Source: Candidatus Syntropharchaeum caldarium
GTDB lineage: Archaea; Halobacteriota; Syntropharchaeia; Syntropharchaeales; Syntropharchaeaceae
Direction: 5' to 3'
DNA: 32,000 nt
Assembly (NCBI GenBank): GCA_001766815.1
Contig: LYOS01000004.1
Location: forward strand, 189,393 to 221,392
Positions 17,898 through 25,079 of the stretch are shown in pieces. The notes below the pieces were generated by a model, which saw only the letters and a program-made list of their open reading frames with translations, made no database searches and was not told where the DNA came from. A program made the position numbers and the translations under genes. Each line of letters starts with the position of its first letter. Positions within the stretch are counted from its first letter, which is position 1.

Positions 17898-19085
17898 ATG
17901 AGGGGCATCACAAGAAATATACTCATTCTCGGTCTTGTAAGCCTTTTTACAGACCTCTCAAGCCAGATGGTCTTTCCGCTGATTCCATTATTTTTAACAA
18001 CCGTTCTTGGTGCGGGTGCCTTTGCCGTCGGTTTTGTAGAGGGTGCGGCAGAAACAACCGCATCGCTTCTCAAGGTTGTATCTGGATACTGGTCAGATAA
18101 GGTAAAAGTTAGAAAACCATTCATACTTGTTGGATACTCACTTTCAACGATAACAAAGCCTTTATTTGCATTTGCAGGTATATGGCAATCTGTTCTTCTG
18201 ATAAGGGTAATTGAGAGGATTGGAAAAGGGCTTAGAACTGCACCAAGAGATGCACTTGTTGCTGAATCATCGAGAGAAAGTACAAGGGGAGTTGCTTATG
18301 GATTTCACAGATCAATGGATGGTGCAGGCTCGGTTCTGGGTGCGGTCATTGCTTTCCTCCTTCTCTTCTACGGCTGGCGGTATCAGGATATATTCCTCCT
18401 TGCATTCATACCAGGAATTATCTCGGTATCGATTATCTTGCTTATAAAAGAGCGTGCTCGTATACCCTCAGAACCTGAGTCTGATAAAGCAAAAACCTCG
18501 ATCAAGGTCAGTTTCGGGAAGCTTGACTGGAATCTGAGGCTTTTAATCATTGCATCCTCGATCTTTGCACTCGGACATTTTGGATATGCTTTTTTTCTGC
18601 TTCGGGCAAAGAATATTGGGCTTGGCGATGAGACCGCAATCCTTCTCTACGTCCTCTTCTACATCATCTACACACTTGCATCGATTCCATCAGGTATGCT
18701 CTCAGATAAGCAAGGGAGAAAACCGATCCTGGTGGGAGGATATATCTTATTTGGGTTGGTGTCAACTGGATTGATCTTTGTATCAGGTTTTTCAGGAATA
18801 CTTCTACTATTTGCGATCTATGGTATTTGTTATGCGATGATTGATGGCGTACAGCGTGTCTTTGTCGTCGATCTCGCACCAGAAGATCTGAAGGCGACTG
18901 CTCTCGGTGCATTTCATACCTCAATCGGTATGGCTGCACTTCCAGGTGGGCTTATAGCAGGGTTTCTCTGGGATGTTATATGTCCTGAGGCGACGTTTAT
19001 CTATGCAGTTATACTGACGGTGATTTCAGTTCTGCTGGTCGGGTTTGTGAAGGAGAGGAGCAGGAAGAGGATTCAGGAAAAATAA
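17898..19085 (+). CDS. MFS transporter
   Basis: 395 aa with about 12 TM segments. Loop 2-3 motif GKGLRTAPRDALV. The ATG directly abuts the upstream TAA. Confidence 0.8.
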   Translation: MRGITRNILILGLVSLFTDLSSQMVFPLIPLFLTTVLGAGAFAVGFVEGAAETTASLLKVVSGYWSDKVKVRKPFILVGYSLSTITKPLFAFAGIWQSVLLIRVIERIGKGLRTAPRDALVAESSRESTRGVAYGFHRSMDGAGSVLGAVIAFLLLFYGWRYQDIFLLAFIPGIISVSIILLIKERARIPSEPESDKAKTSIKVSFGKLDWNLRLLIIASSIFALGHFGYAFFLLRAKNIGLGDETAILLYVLFYIIYTLASIPSGMLSDKQGRKPILVGGYILFGLVSTGLIFVSGFSGILLLFAIYGICYAMIDGVQRVFVVDLAPEDLKATALGAFHTSIGMAALPGGLIAGFLWDVICPEATFIYAVILTVISVLLVGFVKERSRKRIQEK

Positions 19086-19177
19086 AATCTGATGTAACCT
19101 TCAATACATCTCTTCCTCATTCATTAATTTCGCAAAAGTTTATAAAGTTGAGAAGAGATATCGATTGGAGATCAAAA

Positions 19178-19645
19178 ATGGCTGCCGATAAAAAGAAAGT
19201 CAAGCTAAAAGTGACATCTGGTGGAAAAAAAGCTATACGACCAAAGGATGATCCAACAGCCGCAGCACGTGGGCTTATAAAGAAATTATACTCAGATCCA
19301 ATTCCTGAACGAGCAGATGGCCTTGACAGAATTTATTCTAAAGAAGTACTCGAGGGCTATGATGCCTTTATGGAACGTTTCGGGATCGAGGATCCAAACG
19401 TGGCTATCAGAGAATTTCACAGGCGCTATGCTGATATTATCAATAACCCAACGCGCAGAGAAATCCTGAAAGCACTTATGGACGGAGACAGGACATTTGA
19501 TGAGCTTCATGAGATCACAGGTATTGATCAAGATGAGTTGAAGCACCAGATCGTGATGCTTGACTTCTGTGTGGATGAACTCAAGCGTGGCGATGAAATA
19601 TATTATCACCTGAGTAAGATCGGACGTATCATCGAGAATTTCTGA
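19178..19645 (+). CDS. Winged-helix (ArsR-like) protein with Lys-rich N-terminus
   Basis: C-terminal NPTRREILKALMDGDRTFDELHEITGIDQDELKHQIVML is a wHTH pattern. ATG 19178, preceded by GGAG, is preferred over the track's TTG 19148. Ends 13 nt before the RPA ATG. Confidence 0.6.
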   Translation: MAADKKKVKLKVTSGGKKAIRPKDDPTAAARGLIKKLYSDPIPERADGLDRIYSKEVLEGYDAFMERFGIEDPNVAIREFHRRYADIINNPTRREILKALMDGDRTFDELHEITGIDQDELKHQIVMLDFCVDELKRGDEIYYHLSKIGRIIENF

Positions 19646-19658
19646 GGTGGTATTAAAG

Positions 19659-20795
19659 ATGGACGAATTACTTACCGACGAGATTATTGAAATATATAAA
19701 GGATTGGAAGATAAATTGAGCCTCAAGGAGTTTAAGAGCAGAGTAGAAGAGAAGATCGAGGAGATGGGCGGATTCTGTGATACCCGTTCTGCATCACTTC
19801 TTATTGCACAGGAATTTGGCGTCACAAAGTCCACCACGATCGGGCAGATAATCGATGGATGGTCTGAGGAGAAGAATGGTACCGCTGTATCGGTTGAAGG
19901 ACAGGTGATTCGGATCGATACAATAAAAGAGTTTGAAAAGTACGACGGTTCACCAGGAAGGGTTGCGAACATCCTTATCTCGGATGATACTGGCACTATA
20001 AGAACCGTTCTCTGGGATAAATTGACAGACCTGATACAGGACGGTGGTCTAAGGCTTGGGACTATTATTAATCTTAATGGACATGTAAAAGAGGGATACA
20101 GAGGACCTGAGATAACAGCCGAGCAGGTTGAAATTGTAAGGCACGAGCCGGGTTTTGAACCAAGAAATATAACCATAAAAGAGATCAAGGACGGTATGGA
20201 TGCGATATCAGTTGTGGGCAGGGTACTTGAGATTGGAGATGTGAGAACATTTTCGAGAAAGAACGGGACCGTGGGCAAGGTTGGAACGATCATGATCGGT
20301 GATATTACAGGAAAGATCCGTGTAACACTCTGGGATGACCGTGCCCTCGATATAGAGAGTCTGGCCGTTGGTAACTCGGTTCGTATCTCCAATGCTTATG
20401 CAAAAAAGCGGTATAACGTGGTTGAGTTGTATGTTGGTTCACACGGACAGATTGAACCGATCGATGAAGATGTGCCGTATGAGGAGAAGATTACACCGAT
20501 TCGCGATATCCGTCCAGATGGTTTCTACAATGTGATCGGCGACCTCATCGGGATTGAGCCCGTCCATGAGTTTATGAGGAAGGATGGCTCCCAGGGTAGA
20601 GTTGTCAAGATCAGGATCGTTGATGCGACCGGTAAGATAAATGTATCGCTCTGGAATGAGCATGTCGACTTTACAAAGGAGCTGGATCTTGGCCAGACGA
20701 TCAAGATCACTGATGCATTTGCAAAAGTAGGATTCAACAACGAAATTGACCTGAGTGTTGGCTGGAGAAGCAATCTTGAACTTCTCAAAAAATAA
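19659..20795 (+). CDS. rpa: Replication protein A (three tandem OB folds, no Zn finger)
   Basis: Three repeats of the OB pattern (V.G.V..I....F.R.DG..G.V....I.D.TG.IR..LW). ATG 19659 is preceded by a GAGGTGG SD. Resembles Methanosarcina-type multi-OB RPA. Confidence 0.8.
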   Translation: MDELLTDEIIEIYKGLEDKLSLKEFKSRVEEKIEEMGGFCDTRSASLLIAQEFGVTKSTTIGQIIDGWSEEKNGTAVSVEGQVIRIDTIKEFEKYDGSPGRVANILISDDTGTIRTVLWDKLTDLIQDGGLRLGTIINLNGHVKEGYRGPEITAEQVEIVRHEPGFEPRNITIKEIKDGMDAISVVGRVLEIGDVRTFSRKNGTVGKVGTIMIGDITGKIRVTLWDDRALDIESLAVGNSVRISNAYAKKRYNVVELYVGSHGQIEPIDEDVPYEEKITPIRDIRPDGFYNVIGDLIGIEPVHEFMRKDGSQGRVVKIRIVDATGKINVSLWNEHVDFTKELDLGQTIKITDAFAKVGFNNEIDLSVGWRSNLELLKK

Positions 20796-21798
20796 AACGA
20801 TTCGAGCAGAACTTTTCGAAAACACAGTTATAGCTGGTGAGAACAAGTTATTGCTTGAAGAGGCAGGGTATCTCCTTGAAAGAGGAAGAATTGCACTGTA
20901 TGATGGTGGAGAAGAGCTTAATCTGCGGGAATTTCTAAAACGAGCGTCATCTCTCATCCCAAACTTTGAGTTGCGGTTTCTCGTTTATAAAAACATCCGC
21001 GATCGCGGTTATCAGTTGAAGGCAGGTATACTTGATTTCAGAGTATATCCACGGGGCATCAAGCCTGGTGAAGGCGAATCAAAATATATCATCCGTGTTT
21101 TGTCTGAGCGAGAGCCGATAGATATAACAATTCCAGGAAAAGATATTCTTATTGCCAGAAATCTTAAAAAAAGATTGTTATATGCGGTTGTTGATGAGGA
21201 GGGAGATATCACCTATTACGAGGTGAAACAGAAGGAGATGCGTGGATCACTTCCCCCACTTGGCACGGATATTTCTGCAAAGGGGGATCTACTTGAAGAA
21301 CGAGTTATAATCTGGGACCCTTTCATCCTGAATAAACTCAATAAGTCATGGTGGTTTGGGCGCCTGACCGATGAAGGCAGGAGACTTCAGTTATCATTCG
21401 TTGAATCTGCGTATCTGATTGAGCACGGATCAATTGAGGTCCTGGATGGCGATGGAAACGTCCTGAGTCTGGAAAGATTTATCGAGGTCGCTTCTGCGAT
21501 TGAATCAAACTTCTACCGAAAATACATAATATACAGGGATCTTCGCGATAAAGGAATGGTTGTAAAAACAGGATTTAAGTTTGGAAGCCATTTCAGGGTA
21601 TATGAAGAGATGCCATCTGAGAGTGTCTTTCATTCGAGATACCTTGTTCATCTACTGACAGATGACCATACAGCGAGACTCCCTGAGATTTCACGGGCTG
21701 TAAGGCTTGCACATGGTGTTAAAAAAGAGATGGTCTTTGCCGTGGTTGATGAATCAGAAGCGGTTCAGTACGTGGAGATCTCATGGGTGCGGCTGTAG
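20755..21798 (+). CDS. endA: tRNA-splicing endonuclease EndA, duplicated (alpha-prime2) long form
   Basis: Two endonuclease repeats. The C-terminal catalytic unit has YRDLRDKGMVVKTGFKFGSHFRVY, HSRYLVH and AHGVKKEMVFA; the N-terminal degenerate unit has YKNIRDRGYQLKAG..DFRVYPRG. There is no ATG. The start is GTG 20755 or TTG 20776 (the latter has GGAG 8 nt upstream); either overlaps the rpa 3' end. Confidence 0.85.
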   Translation: MLAGEAILNFSKNKTIRAELFENTVIAGENKLLLEEAGYLLERGRIALYDGGEELNLREFLKRASSLIPNFELRFLVYKNIRDRGYQLKAGILDFRVYPRGIKPGEGESKYIIRVLSEREPIDITIPGKDILIARNLKKRLLYAVVDEEGDITYYEVKQKEMRGSLPPLGTDISAKGDLLEERVIIWDPFILNKLNKSWWFGRLTDEGRRLQLSFVESAYLIEHGSIEVLDGDGNVLSLERFIEVASAIESNFYRKYIIYRDLRDKGMVVKTGFKFGSHFRVYEEMPSESVFHSRYLVHLLTDDHTARLPEISRAVRLAHGVKKEMVFAVVDESEAVQYVEISWVRL

Positions 21799-21818
21799 AG
21801 ATGAGAAAATACATACAA

Positions 21819-21828
21819 CTTTATATAT
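21819..21828 (+). promoter_or_regulatory. Putative TATA box of tRNA-Leu promoter
   Basis: CTTTATATAT lies about 30 nt upstream of tRNA position 1 (21858), the typical archaeal spacing. Confidence 0.5.
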
Positions 21829-21857
21829 CGGGTCATCGAATGATTAGCAATGATCTT

Positions 21858-21942
21858 GCGGGGGTTGCCAAGCCAGGTCAAAGGCGCAGGGTTGAGGGCC
21901 CTGTCTCGTAGGAGTTCGCGAGTTCGAATCTCGTCCCCCGCA
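21858..21942 (+). tRNA. tRNA-Leu (anticodon GAG), class II with long variable arm, no encoded CCA, no intron
   Basis: Hand-folded. Acceptor GCGGGGG/CCCCCGC plus discriminator A. Anticodon stem CAGGG/CCCTG with loop TTGAGGG. 14-nt variable arm TCTCGTAGGAGTTC. T arm GCGAG-TTCGAAT-CTCGT. 85 nt in total. Confidence 0.92.
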
Positions 21943-21950
21943 TAAATCTC

Positions 21951-22000
21951 AATTTTTTTTAAAAAAAGTGAACGAATAAAAAAGAAAGAAAAAAGAAACC
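21951..22000. terminator. Bidirectional oligo-T terminator region (tRNA-Leu on +, cdh operon on -)
   Basis: A T8 run (21953-21960) lies just after the tRNA. On the minus strand, several T5-T7 runs (complement of the A-rich 21961-21999) lie just after the cdhE stop. Archaeal terminators are oligo-T tracts. Confidence 0.45.
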
Positions 22001-23407
22001 TCACTCAGCAACGAGGTTCTTCCACTCATCTGTCAGGAATGTGGCAATCTCCGATGAATCCTTTGGACCCAATACCACCTTCCAGTCAGGTAGTTCTTCT
22101 CTCAATTCTGGCAGTATCTCTGCTGCAACCCGTGGGATGATGAGCACCCGATGATTGACTTTACTCTCAACATCGAACTCCTCCATGTGCTCAACGATGT
22201 TTTCCGCACAGAAGTCACCAGATCCAACTGCGGTATCGACCGAGAGTGCGTTCGTATCGATCACAAGCAACCAGCACTTGACTCTGTATCTGTCAAGGTC
22301 ACCTGAGACGATACCATAGGTCAGCGTGTAGTTCGCTGTTACCATTAGTGGAGAATCGGCATCAGGTTCATTGAATGCATACAGATCCGGATCGATCGCT
22401 GACTCAAGCTTCGGATGCTTGAATATGCCCTCTCTGAGATATACAATCGGCATGAACTCCCAGATCTCGGGGAAGTGGAGTATCATGAGGTTTATACCTT
22501 TTGTGACGAAGATGTTCGCCAGGTAGTTCTCATAGTGGGCAGCCGCCTTCTTGGATTTGAACGACATCGATGCAACTGCTGGAACGGCCATCACTGGATA
22601 CGAAAGCTCGGGAATGTTTGCCTTTACACATGCACGCCTTAAGAGTGAGAAGTTACTCAGCGTCTGTGTTATAGACTCTGGTTCACAGAAGGTACCTGGA
22701 TCAAGTATCAGATCGCCAATACCCTCTCGCTGGAATGTTGCAGCTATCGATCCAAGCATATCGAGATCATCGGGTGAGAAGATCGCCACAGCGGTCTCAA
22801 ACTCCTTTGCGATATCAAGCACCTTTTCCCAGTTATCCTTTGTCGCAGCATAGAGCAAAGGTTTCTTGCCCTTGAGGACTTTTGCACCAGCCTTTAAGAC
22901 CTTTGGATCGAGTGAACAGAGAATTAAGGGCAGATCTGTGATATCTGAGACCTTCTTGACCACATCTTTGAACTTCATTGGATCGCCTGATACAGACCTG
23001 ATCGCAATTGCATCAACCGTGAACGTCTCTTTGAATCGAACGAAGCTCATACCTGTGATATTCTGCACGCGCTCAACGAGTCGTTCCTCACTCATCGTAT
23101 CCCAGACATCATATGCAAGGATTGTCTTACCGAAGAACGCAAGTTCTTCTCTGCACATCACCTCTTCGCCACCTGTTTTTAGCATCTTATCGCCAGAACC
23201 AAAGGTGATCTCTGCCATTGGTGGTGCGAGCATCTTCTTTATCTTCTTGGTTGCAGCCTTCTTGAGCTTGGGACATCTCTCAAGTTCGGTCGTCCGTTCA
23301 ACAAGTTTGAGGGCAAACTCGAAGCATGAGTCAGAACCGCACTCGCCACAATCCTCCTGTGGCAGGAGCTTCATAACTTCTGCTGGTGATTTTACTTTCT
23401 CTGCCAT
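22001..23407 (-). CDS. cdhE: CODH/ACS gamma subunit (corrinoid iron-sulfur protein large subunit) CdhE
   Basis: N-terminal CX2CX4CX16CP motif (LPQEDCGECGSDSCFEFALKLVERTTELERCP). 468 aa. Last gene of the operon. Confidence 0.9.
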   Translation of the reverse strand: MAEKVKSPAEVMKLLPQEDCGECGSDSCFEFALKLVERTTELERCPKLKKAATKKIKKMLAPPMAEITFGSGDKMLKTGGEEVMCREELAFFGKTILAYDVWDTMSEERLVERVQNITGMSFVRFKETFTVDAIAIRSVSGDPMKFKDVVKKVSDITDLPLILCSLDPKVLKAGAKVLKGKKPLLYAATKDNWEKVLDIAKEFETAVAIFSPDDLDMLGSIAATFQREGIGDLILDPGTFCEPESITQTLSNFSLLRRACVKANIPELSYPVMAVPAVASMSFKSKKAAAHYENYLANIFVTKGINLMILHFPEIWEFMPIVYLREGIFKHPKLESAIDPDLYAFNEPDADSPLMVTANYTLTYGIVSGDLDRYRVKCWLLVIDTNALSVDTAVGSGDFCAENIVEHMEEFDVESKVNHRVLIIPRVAAEILPELREELPDWKVVLGPKDSSEIATFLTDEWKNLVAE

Positions 23408-23410
23408 CTC

Positions 23411-24904
23411 TCACACCTCCACAATCCAGTTTGCAATCTCTGCTGGATCTGTCTTGACTCCTTCTGGATTCAAGAGTCTGTTCAATGTCCTGATTCCTGC
23501 AGGTGTCATCTGTTCGCATTTCTCAACCGTGGTCTCACCCTTGAGAAGTGCCTCTGCCATTGCCTCACACGTATCATAACCACACTTCTTACAGTCATTT
23601 TTTGGTAGATGTCGCAGAACAGCCTTTGTATCCTCTGGTTTTGTCAGGTAGATCTTGTCCAGCAGTGCTTCAGTTGCCTCAATCGATCGCTGGCTTAACA
23701 TGACCAGTATGTGTGCGCCTGACGCTAATGCAGCTGCCGCGGTTGCACACTCAAATGCAGTCCCACGCTCAACCTCAGAACCCCACTCCTCAAACTTGTT
23801 CCAGGTCTCACGGTTGAGCCATGCGTTACATGGTGCTGTGATCATTGGAGGCTGGAAGTTCTCATCACCGATCAAAGCCTTGTTGTTCACGGTATCCATC
23901 GTTGTCACAACGAGCTCTGTCCCAAATCCAGCGCATACAAGACCCGGGTCGGTCATAACTTTCTCCGGTGGTATCCCTTTACCAGTTAGGGCGGTTTTAT
24001 TCAACCATGCAAGTCCCTGTGCGTTCATAGGCTGGTAACTTACAACTGTATGATCGTACTCCTTTGCAATCTCATAGTATTCGAGTACCTCGTCATCCAG
24101 CTCAACACCAACCCAAGTCGGGAGCACAAGGCTTGTGGAGCAAATAAAGATGTTTTCACCCTTGGCTGCTTCTGCACACGCTCTGACAACCTCAACGTCC
24201 TTTGCCATGTTACCTGATCGAAGTACTATACCAACAGGCACATCTACAGCCGCCAAAACATCTTTGAGTGTTGCTGCTGCCTCGTCTGCAGATCGATTGG
24301 AACCTTTTGGATCTGTGGAGTTTAGATCCAGTACAATCACTTTCGCGCCATAAACATCGACAAGCTTCTTTGCCCATGCAACCGGATCACCAACAACGTC
24401 GCCGTACTGCTCTCTAAGAACTTTTGAGAGCCCAGGGTCTTCATCAAAGACCACGTGTGCAATTGGAGGCCTCTCTGGCAGGTTACCTTCGAACCTGAAG
24501 TAAGGAGGTGCATTGTTCCCACCGACCTTGAGTGTGAACGCTCTGTTTCCACCTCCGAGTGTAACTACAGCAAACTTTCCAGGATGTTCTTCGATAGGTG
24601 GCGTGAGTTTGAACGGTTCAAGGGTTATTTTTTTTTTAGGTTCTTCTGCTGCTACCGCTTCAGCAACTGGTGCTGCTGCTGGTGCCCCTCCTGATAGAAG
24701 CTTTGCGAGCAGTTCGTAAGGGGGGATAACGCCCTCGAGTATGATCTCATCGAACTCGAGATCGATTCCCTTTATACCTTCTATCTTTTTCATCACCCTG
24801 TTCAAACCTGCAACCATATCGGACAGTTCTTTTCCCTCGCCTGAAGGAGTGGAGGCAGGAGCTTCCGCTTCCCCTTCTTTTTTCTTGAGCTTTACTTTAA
24901 CCAT
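23411..24904 (-). CDS. cdhD: CODH/ACS delta subunit CdhD, with extra Cys4 insertion near C-terminus
   Basis: Operon position, TIM-barrel-like core (VIVLDLNSTDPKG...) and conserved end ...IANWIVEV. At 497 aa it is longer than the ~436 aa I recall for Methanosarcina CdhD. GTGAGGGG SD upstream. Confidence 0.85.
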   Translation of the reverse strand: MVKVKLKKKEGEAEAPASTPSGEGKELSDMVAGLNRVMKKIEGIKGIDLEFDEIILEGVIPPYELLAKLLSGGAPAAAPVAEAVAAEEPKKKITLEPFKLTPPIEEHPGKFAVVTLGGGNRAFTLKVGGNNAPPYFRFEGNLPERPPIAHVVFDEDPGLSKVLREQYGDVVGDPVAWAKKLVDVYGAKVIVLDLNSTDPKGSNRSADEAAATLKDVLAAVDVPVGIVLRSGNMAKDVEVVRACAEAAKGENIFICSTSLVLPTWVGVELDDEVLEYYEIAKEYDHTVVSYQPMNAQGLAWLNKTALTGKGIPPEKVMTDPGLVCAGFGTELVVTTMDTVNNKALIGDENFQPPMITAPCNAWLNRETWNKFEEWGSEVERGTAFECATAAAALASGAHILVMLSQRSIEATEALLDKIYLTKPEDTKAVLRHLPKNDCKKCGYDTCEAMAEALLKGETTVEKCEQMTPAGIRTLNRLLNPEGVKTDPAEIANWIVEV

Positions 24905-24913
24905 AGGATCCCC

Positions 24914-25075
24914 TCACTTCTTCAGGATGATCTCATCAATGTGTACCTTTGCACCTTTTATTGTGATCTTTGGTGGTACACCCGATGGCACTGCCGTAGT
25001 CGATGCTGCACCAGCAGGTGCTGCTGGTGCAGCACCTGCTTCTTCTCCCTTCTTCTTTAACTTAATCTTTACCAT
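24914..25075 (-). CDS. Unannotated 53-aa ORF between cdhC and cdhD (CdhD-N-terminus-like module)
   Basis: My own translation: MVKIKLKKKGEEAGAAPAAPAGAASTTAVPSGVPPKITIKGAKVHIDEIILKK*. The ATG lies 4 nt after the cdhC TGA with a GGAGGA SD 8 nt upstream. Its TGA lies 9 nt before the cdhD ATG. Below the track's length cutoff. Confidence 0.55.
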   Translation of the reverse strand: MVKIKLKKKGEEAGAAPAAPAGAASTTAVPSGVPPKITIKGAKVHIDEIILKK

Positions 25076-25079
25076 TCAA

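Noticed and set aside
19292-20392. 366-aa ORF on the minus strand opposite the wHTH and rpa genes.
   Set aside because: Its composition is low-complexity (Ser/Ile/Pro-rich) with no recognisable motif. It lies entirely antisense to two genes with strong family signatures, so it is a typical shadow ORF.
21858-22000. tRNA-Leu as a possible integration site for a mobile element.
   Set aside because: No integrase, no duplicated tRNA 3' segment noticed, and the adjacent genes are core (cdh operon, endA). The tRNA is followed only by oligo-T terminators.
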